Origin: Thermoanaerobaculaceae bacterium
Lineage (GTDB): Bacteria; Acidobacteriota; Thermoanaerobaculia; Thermoanaerobaculales; Thermoanaerobaculaceae
Direction: 5' to 3'
NCBI GenBank assembly: GCA_025456225.1
Contig: JALOLB010000001.1
Coordinates: 14,054-73,532 of the forward strand
Length of the DNA: 59,479 bases
The notes below the pieces were generated by a model. It was not told the DNA's origin, ran no database searches, and saw only the letters and a list, made by a program, of their open reading frames with translations. The translations under genes and the position numbers were made by a program. Shown here one piece after another: positions 13,026 through 21,946 of this stretch (position 1 is its first letter; the number at the start of each line of letters is the position of its first letter).

Positions 13026-13715
13026 ATGGATCCACGGCAGGCCAGGGACGAGGTGGTGCACGCGCCCGGCGACCCCGAGCGGCGCCTCGTCTACGCCCGG
13101 GCACTGCTCGAGGCCGGTCACCGTGCCGCGGCGTGGCACGAGGTCATGCAGGCGGAGCGTCTCGGCGTGGCGATCGCGGATGACCTGCGCCAGCCCTTCG
13201 TCGTCGAGAACCCACCAGGTACCTGTTGGACCTTCTTGCCGCTCCACCTGGAAGAAGGCGCCGTGGCACCGTGCCACGTGCCCGATCCCCGCTTCCCCGG
13301 GGTCGTCGCCGCGTGCGGCGAGCGCCATCTGCCGCTGGTGATTCTCCTCGGACGGCCCTGCGCCCGCTGTGATGCCGACGGCAGCATGGTCTGCGACCAG
13401 TGCGGCGGCACCGGCTGGCGGAGCGCCTTCCTCTCGGACGGCGAGGTGCCCTGTCCGGAGCGCACAACCTGCACGAGCTGTGGCGGCACGAAGGTCGTGG
13501 TCAACACCTCGCACGGTGGCACGGGCGACTGCTTGCACGTCCAGCTCGTGCCCGAGGCCGACGGGCCGGGGTGGGAGATGCTGCGTTGCCCGCGCTGCGG
13601 GCTCGGCGCGCTGACTTGCTGGCCGTTGTGGAAGCAGGCCTGGGCATGCGGGGTGTGCGGTCTCTTCGACTGCGCATGCCCCCCGGTTGAGTCTCCAGCC
13701 TCGCAGCGTGTCTGA
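13026..13715 (+). CDS. Cysteine-rich protein with DnaJ-type CxxCxGxG zinc-finger motifs (function unknown)
   Basis: ATG preceded by GTGGAG, with high GC3. Motifs: CARCDADGSMVCDQCGGTG, CTSCGGTK, CPRCGLG and CGVCGLFDCAC. The N-terminus (GDPERRLVYARALLEAGH) resembles TIGR02996-type repeat-companion domains; that comparison is from memory and has not been searched. Confidence 0.6.
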   Translation: MDPRQARDEVVHAPGDPERRLVYARALLEAGHRAAAWHEVMQAERLGVAIADDLRQPFVVENPPGTCWTFLPLHLEEGAVAPCHVPDPRFPGVVAACGERHLPLVILLGRPCARCDADGSMVCDQCGGTGWRSAFLSDGEVPCPERTTCTSCGGTKVVVNTSHGGTGDCLHVQLVPEADGPGWEMLRCPRCGLGALTCWPLWKQAWACGVCGLFDCACPPVESPASQRV

Positions 13716-13778
13716 CAGACCTCACCGCGCGAGGTGGCGGTCGGGCACACGGGCGGATCCGGAAGGAGCGAGCGAGCG

Positions 13779-13895
13779 CTATCCGGTCTTTCTCTTCGGC
13801 TGCTTCGCCTGCTGGGCCTTCGCCTTCTGCTGCTGCTTGTCGGAGTGCTGCTTCTGGTCCTTTGCCTTGTCCTTCTTGCCGCCCTTGTCTCCCAC
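13779..13895 (-). CDS. Small (38 aa) Lys/Gln-rich basic protein
   Basis: GTG start at 13895 preceded by AAAGGAGGAGG with 6-nt spacing. Product: (M)GDKGGKKDKAKDQKQHSDKQQQKAKAQQAKQPKRKTG. It is the C-terminal part of track ORF 13779..14204, whose upstream portion is Arg/Gly shadow. Confidence 0.5.
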   Translation of the reverse strand: MGDKGGKKDKAKDQKQHSDKQQQKAKAQQAKQPKRKTG

Positions 13896-14211
13896 GGAGC
13901 CCCTCCTCCTTTGCTGACGTCCCGGCCGGGCACGCGACGCAGGTGCGTCTGCCGGGCCGCTCCCATCTTCGCACCCTTTCGCACGAATAGCTGGACCCCT
14001 GCCCGGCTCGCCGCAGTGGATCCCCGTTGCGTGCAGCCGCGGGCCTACTTCTCCATTGTGACGGTGACCTTCACCGAGTCCGAGACCGCGGCGGCGACCA
14101 TGCGCACGTGATCCAGCTCGCGCCCGTCCCGGAAGTCGAGCAGGGAGTAGACGCCCGGACCCACCGCCTGGTCGTTGAAGTCGACCTCCTGCGTCTCGCC
14201 CCACGAGAAAT

Positions 14212-14244
14212 GCGGGCCTTCCGCTTTCTCCGACAGGCTCCTAG
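14212..14244 (+). repeat. Copy 1 of the 33-nt motif GCGGnCCTTCCnnTTTCTCCGACAGGCTCCTAG
   Basis: gcgggccttccgctttctccgacaggctcctag, ending 9 nt before the ATG at 14254. Confidence 0.8.
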
Positions 14245-14253
14245 AATGCCGCG

Positions 14254-16377
14254 ATGGGTCGACAGCAAAGGGTCAGGAAGGATGCACCCCGGACAACATC
14301 TGCCGGCCCCGTGCGCCGCAGGCCAGTCTCCCGGCGGTTGCTGCTCGCGACCGCTCTGTTCGTTCTGACTGTTGCGGTCTTCTTCCCCGCGATCCGTTGC
14401 GGGTTCGTGAGCTACGACGACCCTCTCTATGTCACGGACGCCCCGGGGGTGCGCGAAGGCCTTGGCCTGGCCGCGATCCGGCAAGCCTTCGGGGGCACGC
14501 AGGTCGGCAACTGGCACCCTCTCACCACGCTCTCCCTCGCCGCCGATGTCTCGCTCGCAGGCCTCCGGCCCGCCGCATTCCACCTGCACAACGTGCTCCT
14601 CCATGCCCTGGCCGCGGCGCTCCTGCTCGTGGCCCTCGCGCGACTGACCGGCGCCCTCTGGCCCTCGGCGGCGGCAGCCGCACTGTTCGCCCTCCATCCT
14701 CTCCGGGTCGAGTCGGTGGTGTGGGTGTCGGCCCGCAAGGACGTTCTCTCCGGTGTCCTCTTCATGCTCGCCCTGCTGGCCTGGGAACGGTACGGCAGGA
14801 AGCCGTCGGCCCGGGGGATGGCGTTGACGGTGCTGGCGGCCGTCGGCGGGCTCATGGCCAAGCCCACACTGGTGGTGCTGCCGGCGCTCCTCCTGATCCT
14901 CGACTTCTGGCCCCTGGCGAGGAACGCCGGGGAGTCCTCGTCTGCCCGGCGCGCCGTCGCGTTGCTCCGGGAGAAGTGGCCGCTGCTCGGAGTGTCCCTC
15001 GCCTTCTCCGTGGTCGTCCTGATCGCGCAGCGGAGCGCCGGTGCGGTGGCGAGTGTCGATTTCGTGCCCGTGCAGGTCCGGCTTGCCAACGTGCCGGTCG
15101 CGGCGCTTGCATACCTCGGGGACCTGGTGTGGCCGGCTCGGCTCGCCGTTCTCTACCCGTTGCACCCACCGGGTGCTGGCCTGGTCGTCGGCTCGACGCT
15201 CGCGCTCGTCGTGGCGAGCATCCTCGTGATCCTGTGGCGGCGCTCGGCGCCCTGGCTGGCGGCAGGCTGGACCTGGTACCTGACAGGGCTGGTCCCGGTC
15301 ATCGGCCTGATCCAGGTCGGGAGTCAGGCCAGGGCCGACCGCTACACGTACCTGCCCCAGATCGGCATCGCGTTCGCCCTGGCCTGGGGGGCGAGCGCGC
15401 TGGTCCAGCGCTTCCAGGCGGCGCGGAGGCCCGTGGTCGTGCTGTGGGGCGGTGCACTGCTGGTCCTGGCGCTCGTGACCCGGCAGCAGATCGGCGTGTG
15501 GCGTGACAGCGTCACGTTGTGGCAGCACACCATCGCCTGCACCGACCGGAACATCGTGGCCCAGGTGAACCTCGGCAAGGCCCTCCTGGCAACCGGGCGC
15601 AACGACGAGGGAATCGCGCACCTGCGGGAGGCCCTCGCCATCGATCCGGACCACCCGGATGCTGCCAACGATCTGGCGGTCCAGCTCTATCTGCGCGGAC
15701 AGTACGACACGGCCTTGCCCTTTCTCGAGGCCGCCCTTCGACGCCGACCTGCAGACCCGGTGATCCTGGCCAACACCGGTCTCGTCCAGGCCTTGCGCGG
15801 CCGATGGGATGCTGCGGCAGCGGCCTTCACGGAATCGCTCCGTCTGCGTCCCGACGACGCGGACGCCCTCACCGGGCTTGGCGTCGCCGAGCTCGAGCTG
15901 AGCCGGCTGGACGAGGCTGAGCACTCCCTGGCGCGGGCGACCGAGGTGAATCCCGGGGCGGTGCTGGCGTGGGTGCATGTCGGTAGGGTGCGTGCGGCCC
16001 GTGGCGACTGCCAGGCCGCGGTGTCGAGCTGGCAGCGAGCCCTGGCGCTCAACGGGCGCGAGCCTCTCGCACTTCGCCACCTGGCCTGGATGCTCGCCAC
16101 CTCGCCGGACGCTCGTTGCCGGGATGGCGTCCATGCCGTTGCGCTCGCCCGCGAGCTCGCAGCCCTGGGTGTCCCCGGGAGCTCCGAGGTCCTGGCCGCA
16201 GCCCTGGCGGAGGCGGGGAGGGCCTCCGAGGCCGTCACGGTCCAGGAGCAGGTCGTGGCAGCCGCCCCTGCCGGCCCCCGGCGCGATCAGGCCATCGCGT
16301 GTCTCGAGCGCTACCGTCGTGGCGAGGCCCTGCGGGATGCGGGCAAGACCGATCCCAGGACCCAGCGCGTCAGGTGA
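14254..16377 (+). CDS. Multi-pass membrane protein with C-terminal TPR repeats (TMTC / PMT-family glycosyltransferase-like)
   Basis: 707 aa. The N-terminal half has about 9-11 hydrophobic segments and the typical motif FVSYDDPLYV...NWHPLTTLS. The C-terminal half has TPR units (NLGKALLATGRNDEGIAHLREALAIDPDHPDA and others). Confidence 0.85.
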   Translation: MGRQQRVRKDAPRTTSAGPVRRRPVSRRLLLATALFVLTVAVFFPAIRCGFVSYDDPLYVTDAPGVREGLGLAAIRQAFGGTQVGNWHPLTTLSLAADVSLAGLRPAAFHLHNVLLHALAAALLLVALARLTGALWPSAAAAALFALHPLRVESVVWVSARKDVLSGVLFMLALLAWERYGRKPSARGMALTVLAAVGGLMAKPTLVVLPALLLILDFWPLARNAGESSSARRAVALLREKWPLLGVSLAFSVVVLIAQRSAGAVASVDFVPVQVRLANVPVAALAYLGDLVWPARLAVLYPLHPPGAGLVVGSTLALVVASILVILWRRSAPWLAAGWTWYLTGLVPVIGLIQVGSQARADRYTYLPQIGIAFALAWGASALVQRFQAARRPVVVLWGGALLVLALVTRQQIGVWRDSVTLWQHTIACTDRNIVAQVNLGKALLATGRNDEGIAHLREALAIDPDHPDAANDLAVQLYLRGQYDTALPFLEAALRRRPADPVILANTGLVQALRGRWDAAAAAFTESLRLRPDDADALTGLGVAELELSRLDEAEHSLARATEVNPGAVLAWVHVGRVRAARGDCQAAVSSWQRALALNGREPLALRHLAWMLATSPDARCRDGVHAVALARELAALGVPGSSEVLAAALAEAGRASEAVTVQEQVVAAAPAGPRRDQAIACLERYRRGEALRDAGKTDPRTQRVR

Positions 16378-16458
16378 CGCCCGAGGCTCGCGCCCCTTCG
16401 TGCACCCGCATCGGCGGCGCCTCCGCCCACTCGCGGCGGACCTTGTGAGGACCGCCGG

Positions 16459-17145
16459 CTAGACGGCCGCGCCGAAGAGACGGCCCACGGCGGCAGTGCA
16501 CCCCATGGCCACGGCGCCCCAGAACGCGACCCGCAGCGCCCCCCGGGCGAGCGGGGCGCCGCCCAGGCGGGCCGCCACGCCGCCGAGGGCGAGGAGCAGC
16601 CCCAGGGTCACGCCGACGACGCCCGGCGTCAGGATCCCGGCAGGCAGCACGGCGGCGAGGAGCGCCGGCGGCGCCGCTCCTGCCGCGAAGGCGGCTGCCG
16701 ACGCGATCGCCGCCTGGATCGGGCGGGCCCTCGTGATCTCGTGGATGCCCAGCTCGTCTCGGGCATGGGCCCCCAGCGCGTCGTGGGCCGTGAGCTGGTC
16801 CGCGACCTGGAGCGCGAGCTCGGGATCGAGGCCCCGGGCGACGTAGATCCCGGCCAGCTCGGCGCGCTCGGCCTCCGGCGTTGTCGCGAGCTCGCCGCGC
16901 TCGCGGGTGAGATCGGCCTGCTCGGTGTCCGCCTGGGAGCTCACGGAGACGTACTCACCGGCGGCCATCGAGAGGGCGCCCGCGGCGAGCCCGGCGACGG
17001 CGGCCAGCATGATCGCCGCGTGGCTCGGCTGCGCCGCAGCCACGCCGACGACCAGGCTGCTCGTGGAGATGAGGCCGTCGTTGGCGCCGAGGACGGTGGC
17101 GCGCAGCCAGCCGATCCGATCGCTGCGGTGGGACTCAACGTGCAT
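16459..17145 (-). CDS. VIT1/CCC1-family iron/manganese transporter
   Basis: 228 aa. WLRATVLGANDGLISTSSLVVGVAAA plus C-terminal TM helices are typical of the VIT family. Confidence 0.85.
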   Translation of the reverse strand: MHVESHRSDRIGWLRATVLGANDGLISTSSLVVGVAAAQPSHAAIMLAAVAGLAAGALSMAAGEYVSVSSQADTEQADLTRERGELATTPEAERAELAGIYVARGLDPELALQVADQLTAHDALGAHARDELGIHEITRARPIQAAIASAAAFAAGAAPPALLAAVLPAGILTPGVVGVTLGLLLALGGVAARLGGAPLARGALRVAFWGAVAMGCTAAVGRLFGAAV

Positions 17146-17341
17146 GGTGGACCTCTCTGTCGCGTTCGTTTCGGGTCACGCCCGGGAGGACCGCGCTGCC
17201 CTGCAGCATGAGCGGCATCGTGAAGGCGTGGGTCGGGTTGGTCACCCCGGGAGTGTAGCGGAGAGACGGGTGGAAACCTGCCCGTGCGGACCTCAACGCC
17301 GGGGAAACCGACCGCTGCGTGCGGGCGTAGAACACCATGGC

Positions 17342-18643
17342 ATGGGTACCACGGCGACGATCCTCCTGCTCTCCCTGATCCTCCTCGGGTTGCTCCTGGG
17401 CGTGGACGCGCTCTCGCTCGGCGCGCTCCGGGCGGCGCTCCCCCGGGGCGGACCGCGATGGCTCCGCAAGGCCGGCGCGATCGCGTACTGGGGCCTCCCG
17501 GTCCTGCTCGTGGGGTGGCTCGTGGGCGTCGTCGCGGTGGCGGGTGTCCCGTCGGCCGAACCGAGCTTCGTGTTCTTCGCGGTCCTGGCCCTCGGCTACT
17601 TCCCGAAGCTCGCGATCGTGGCGGTCAGTGCGGCCGCAACAGCCGTGCTGACGCCGTGGCTGCTCGTCCGGCGCCTGCGCGCCCGGGGTGGGGCCCCGGT
17701 TCCCGAGCTGCGGGCCTGGCGGCTGCGCCCCGTGGCCCTGGCCGCAGCCGTCGCGGGGGCTCTGGTGCTCGGTGGCGTCGTGCAGGCCCTCACGGTGGGG
17801 CGCGGAGCGATCACCGTGAGCCGCCGGGTCGTCGAGCTGCCGGGCCTCCCGGCAGACCTGGACGGGCTGCGCATCGTCCACCTCTCCGACTTCCACCTCG
17901 CCAGCCTGCCGGACGGCGATCTCACGGTCCGTCTGGTCGCCGCGGTCAACGGTCTCCAGCCGGACCTCATCGTCTTCACCGGGGACCTCGGAGCCCCCGA
18001 GGAGGTCGAGGCCGGACCCGAGATCCTCGGACACCTGCGCGCGCCGCTCGGCTGTGTCGCGGTGCTGGGAAACCACGACCTCGTCCGTCCCGGTGCGGCC
18101 GACGACGTGGCGCCGAGCGCCGAGGACAAGGCCATCCGCACCGCCCGGCAGCGCGAGCTCCTCGCCGCGCGGGGATTCACACTGCTGCACAACGGGGCAC
18201 GGCTGGTCGAGCGGTCGGGCGTTCGCCTTGCCGTCCTCGGGGTTGCGGTGCAGGACCCGCACCACGGGTTCGCCGACGCCGATCTCCCGGCCGCTCTCGC
18301 TGCCGCGGCGGGAGCGGACTACAAGCTCCTGCTCATGCACAACCCCTTGTTGTGGGACACCGACGTCCTGGGGCGGGTCGACGTCCCGCTGACCTTGGCC
18401 GGCCACACGCACGCGGGCCAGGTCGCCGTCGAGCTCGGGCCGCTGCGCTGGAGCCTCGCCAGGGGCATGTTCCCGCGCTGGCACGGTCTCTACGAGGTCG
18501 CGGGACAGGTCCTCCACGTCTCGAGCGGCGTGGGGTACGTCGGCCTCCCGTTCCGGCTGGGCTGCCCGTCCGAGATCGCCCTGCTCGAGCTCCGCCGCAG
18601 CGAAGGCAAGCCGAAGGTGGTCTCCGCACGTCACGGCACATGA
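17342..18643 (+). CDS. Membrane-anchored metallophosphoesterase
   Basis: Track ORF 16907..18643 trimmed to the ATG at 17342 (MGTTATILLLSLILLGLLL). N-terminal TM helices are followed by calcineurin-like motifs IVHLSDFHL, FTGDLG, LGNHD and GHTHAGQ. Confidence 0.85.
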   Translation: MGTTATILLLSLILLGLLLGVDALSLGALRAALPRGGPRWLRKAGAIAYWGLPVLLVGWLVGVVAVAGVPSAEPSFVFFAVLALGYFPKLAIVAVSAAATAVLTPWLLVRRLRARGGAPVPELRAWRLRPVALAAAVAGALVLGGVVQALTVGRGAITVSRRVVELPGLPADLDGLRIVHLSDFHLASLPDGDLTVRLVAAVNGLQPDLIVFTGDLGAPEEVEAGPEILGHLRAPLGCVAVLGNHDLVRPGAADDVAPSAEDKAIRTARQRELLAARGFTLLHNGARLVERSGVRLAVLGVAVQDPHHGFADADLPAALAAAAGADYKLLLMHNPLLWDTDVLGRVDVPLTLAGHTHAGQVAVELGPLRWSLARGMFPRWHGLYEVAGQVLHVSSGVGYVGLPFRLGCPSEIALLELRRSEGKPKVVSARHGT

Positions 18644-18757
18644 CCCTCACCGGTTGGTTGCCTGCCTGGTCTGCTGCACGGCAGGTGCTGACGGTGCGGG
18701 GTGACTCTCCCGGGGCCTGAGTCTGGTATGGTCCGCAGTGGGTCTGGAGGTGGGGCG

Positions 18758-20431
18758 ATGGGACGATCGGGTCATGCGACGGCAGTCTTCCTGACGGCGG
18801 GCTTCCTGGTGGTCAGTGGGGCATGGGCGGTGACGCCTCTGGACCTGCCGGCGGGAGCACGGGAGGCCGCACGACAGATCGACCGGGGCGCGCTGGAAGG
18901 GCCGGTGCGCATGCTCGCGGACGACCTGCTCGAGGGCCGGGGGCCGGGGAGCCGCGGCGACGCGCTGGCCCGGGTGTACATCGCGAGCGTGCTCGAGCTG
19001 CTCGGGTTGCAACCCGCTGCGCCGGGTGGTGGCTGGCAGCAGCGCTTCGAGATCGTGGGCGTCACCTCGCAGACCCCCCCGACCTGGTCCTTCACGGCCG
19101 CCGGGAAGCAGCTCGAGCTGCGCGAGCAGGACGAGTTCATCGCGGTGTCCGGGGTCCAGGAGGCCAGCGCGGCGATCGTGGGGGCGGAGCTGGTGTTCGT
19201 CGGCTACGGCATCCACGCGCCCGAGTACGGCTGGGACGACCTCAAGGGAGCCAGCCTCAAGGGCAAGGTCGCCGTCGTCATGAACGACGACCCCGACTGG
19301 GATCCCGCCCTGTTCGAGGGCACGCGGCGCACGCCGTACGGCCGCTGGACCTACAAGTACGAGCACCTGGGCGACGAGGGAGCCGTGGCGGCGATCATCA
19401 TCCACACCACGCCCTCCGCCGCCTACCCGTGGAAGGTGGTCCAGACCTCCTGGAACGGCGAGCAGTTCGACCTGCCCCAGCCGAGCCGGGGGCGGCTCGT
19501 GGTCCGCGGCTGGACCACCGAGGGCGCCTCGCGGCGGCTCGTCGCCCTGGGTGGCTTCGACCTCGACACGCTGATCAAGCAGGCGCGAAGCCGCGAGTTC
19601 AGGCCGGTGCCGCTCGGCATCACCACCTCGCTGGTGATCCCGACGAAGCTCACCCACGCCGAGACCGGCAACGTGATGGGGATGCTCCCGGGCTCCGATC
19701 CGGTGCTCAGGGACGAGGTTGTCGTGTTCTCCGCCCACCACGACCACCTCGGGGTCGGCCAGCCCGATGGCCGGGGCGACACGATCTACAACGGCGCCGT
19801 GGACAACGCGTCGGGCGTCGCCCAGGTGCTCGCCATCGCGAAGGCGTTCAAGGCGCTTCCCCAGGCCCCGCGCCGCTCGATCCTGTTCGCGCTCGTGGCG
19901 GGCGAGGAGTCGAGCCTCCTGGGCTCCTACTTCCTCGCCACCCACCCGCCGGTGCCGGTCGAGCGGATCGTGGCCGACATCAACTTCGACGCCGGCAACA
20001 TCTTCGGGCGCACCCGGGACGTCGCGGAGACCGGCAAGGGCCTGTCGACGCTCGACGAGGTGCTGGCGAGGGCGGCGGCCCTGCAGGACCGGGTCGTCAC
20101 CGACGAGCCGTTCCCCGAGCACGGCTCGTACTTCCGGTCGGACCAGTACAGCTTCGCCAAGGTCGGCGTGCCGGGCCTCTACTTCCGGGCCGGTGTCGAC
20201 TACATCGACCGGCCCGCCGGCTGGGGGCGGGCGACGGCCAACGAGTGGCTGGCAGCGCACTACCACCAGCCCTCCGACGAGCTCACCGCGGACTGGCGCT
20301 ACGACGGCATGATCGAGGACACCATGCTCGGGTTCTACGCCGGGCTTGCGGTGGCCAACGCCGACCAGCCGCCGACCTGGCTCCCCGGCGCCCCGTTCCA
20401 CCGCTCCGGGTCGACACCGCCGGCACGGTGA
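18758..20431 (+). CDS. M28-family aminopeptidase with PA domain
   Basis: Trimmed to the ATG at 18758 (GGAGGTGGGG upstream; signal-like MGRSGHATAVFLTAGFLVVSGAWA). Motifs: FSAHHDHLG, NGAVDNASG, VAGEESSLLGS and YHQPSDE. Confidence 0.85.
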   Translation: MGRSGHATAVFLTAGFLVVSGAWAVTPLDLPAGAREAARQIDRGALEGPVRMLADDLLEGRGPGSRGDALARVYIASVLELLGLQPAAPGGGWQQRFEIVGVTSQTPPTWSFTAAGKQLELREQDEFIAVSGVQEASAAIVGAELVFVGYGIHAPEYGWDDLKGASLKGKVAVVMNDDPDWDPALFEGTRRTPYGRWTYKYEHLGDEGAVAAIIIHTTPSAAYPWKVVQTSWNGEQFDLPQPSRGRLVVRGWTTEGASRRLVALGGFDLDTLIKQARSREFRPVPLGITTSLVIPTKLTHAETGNVMGMLPGSDPVLRDEVVVFSAHHDHLGVGQPDGRGDTIYNGAVDNASGVAQVLAIAKAFKALPQAPRRSILFALVAGEESSLLGSYFLATHPPVPVERIVADINFDAGNIFGRTRDVAETGKGLSTLDEVLARAAALQDRVVTDEPFPEHGSYFRSDQYSFAKVGVPGLYFRAGVDYIDRPAGWGRATANEWLAAHYHQPSDELTADWRYDGMIEDTMLGFYAGLAVANADQPPTWLPGAPFHRSGSTPPAR

Positions 20432-20608
20432 CGCGCCCGGCCTGACCTTCCCTGTCAGGCGGCGCCTGCCTGGCCGGGACCCGGATCGACCCCCGCACCA
20501 CCGCAAAAGGGACCGCAAGGTCCGCCGGTCAACGCAGGCTGCCACGGGACGGCAGTCGGAGCCCGGCCCGCGCGGGTGCACGTGTCTGAACGGGGATGGT
20601 GCCCACCA

Positions 20609-21757
20609 CTACCGCATCGGTACCGGTTTCACTCCCGAGATGCAGCAGTCGGATGCCTTGGCCGGCGGCACCTCGGACTTGAGCCAGCAGCGAGCCGAGG
20701 GCCCCTGCACACCCGGATGGACGTAGGTGAAGGCGAGGCAGCGGGGCTCCTGCGAGCACGCGGCGCGGCAGCGCTCGGGCCTTGCCTCGACAAGGTCGAA
20801 GTCGCGGTAGTCGCTACCTGGCCGATCGGTGCCCGACTCGAGGGGGAAGTCCGGCACCTTCTGGGCGCCCTCGCTGACGCCTGAGGTGCAGTCGCTGTTG
20901 GGGACCGCGGCGGGTACCTCGGACTTGAGCCAGCAGTGCGCCGCCGGTCCCTGCACGCCCGGCCTCACGTAGGTGAACGCCCGGCAGCGGGGATCGCGCC
21001 GGCACGCATCGCGGCACAGCTCGGGGCGAGCCTCCTCGAGGTCGAAGTCCTGGTAGTCGCCCCCCGGTCGGTTGGTGCCAGGCTCCAGCCCCGGCCCTCC
21101 GGGTATCGGCGTCGGACCCGTCCCTGGGGTTCCGACAGGCGTCCCGTTCTCCTGCTTCTCGAATACGTACTCGATCACCAGGTCGAACCAGGAGGCCTGC
21201 ACGCCGTGGAGCTCGAAGGTGACGACCTCCTGCTTGTGCCAGTCGCAGTAGAGGGCGAAGGTGCGCGGCCCGGCCTGGTGGGCCGAGTGGGTCGGGTCGC
21301 TGTAGAAACGCCCCTCCCCCGGGAGGTCCCGACGCAGGTTCGCCGTGCCGTTGTGCCACATGAACACGGGTGCATTCATCACCGTCCCCGCGAAGTGGTC
21401 GATGGCGAGCGAGGTCCGGAAGGCATGGGAGCCCTTGACGCCGCTGAGCCGGCTGATGTCCTTGTCGAAGGTCCACTTGAAGATGTCCTTCTGCCGGTCC
21501 CCGGCCAGATCTCCTTCGCCGGCGGTCGTGATACCGACCTGCCCGCCCGTGGAGGTGGCCTCGATCCGGTCCACCTGGACCCGTCCCGAGCGGACGCCCC
21601 CGTCGTTGACCCACCGGCGGCGGATCTCGACGAGCTTGAAGTCACAGGTCTCCTGGGCCGACGCGACGGGGCAGGGCCCCGCGGCCCAGAGACACACGAG
21701 GATGGGTGCCGCCTTGGCCAGGCCTCGGAGCAGTGGAGCGACGGCGAGTGGGCTCAT
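20609..21757 (-). CDS. Secreted protein with unknown N-terminal domain and two C-terminal PAN/Apple-like domains
   Basis: Trimmed to the ATG at 21757 (GGAAGGGGGA upstream; signal peptide ...VCLWAAGPCPVASA). A unit of about 75 aa occurs twice: G[TS][ND]RPG[GS]DY[QR]DFDL.EARPE.CR.AC...PRC.AFTYV.PGVQGP.A.CWLKSEVP. Confidence 0.75.
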   Translation of the reverse strand: MSPLAVAPLLRGLAKAAPILVCLWAAGPCPVASAQETCDFKLVEIRRRWVNDGGVRSGRVQVDRIEATSTGGQVGITTAGEGDLAGDRQKDIFKWTFDKDISRLSGVKGSHAFRTSLAIDHFAGTVMNAPVFMWHNGTANLRRDLPGEGRFYSDPTHSAHQAGPRTFALYCDWHKQEVVTFELHGVQASWFDLVIEYVFEKQENGTPVGTPGTGPTPIPGGPGLEPGTNRPGGDYQDFDLEEARPELCRDACRRDPRCRAFTYVRPGVQGPAAHCWLKSEVPAAVPNSDCTSGVSEGAQKVPDFPLESGTDRPGSDYRDFDLVEARPERCRAACSQEPRCLAFTYVHPGVQGPSARCWLKSEVPPAKASDCCISGVKPVPMR

Positions 21758-21851
21758 CGGGTCCCCCTTCCCGGATCGAGTCTGCCACCATGGTAGCAAG
21801 GACGCCGGATGCAGCACTTGCCAGGCGGGCTCTGCGCCGGGCGATCGCACA

Positions 21852-21873
21852 CCACATCCACACCTGTCGACAC
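21852..21873 (+). repeat. Copy A of the conserved 22-nt intergenic motif CCACRTCCACACYTGTCGACAC
   Basis: ccacatccacacctgtcgacac, located between the start of the 20609..21757 gene and the end of the 21947..22369 gene. Confidence 0.8.
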
Positions 21874-21946
21874 TGCCCGGAAACAGGGGAACCGGGGGCC
21901 CCAGGCGGCGGGGTGTGGTGCCCGGCTCCGAACGGCGTGGCGGCTC

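Noticed and set aside
14071-16134. 687-aa minus-strand ORF opposite the TPR/PMT-like gene
   Set aside because: The product is extremely Arg/Gly/Pro/Glu-rich with no hydrophobic core. The plus strand encodes a coherent multi-pass membrane plus TPR protein.
17135-20581. Minus-strand ORFs 17135..18634 (499 aa) and 18647..20581 (644 aa)
   Set aside because: They are antisense to the metallophosphoesterase and M28 peptidase genes, both of which show complete catalytic motif sets.
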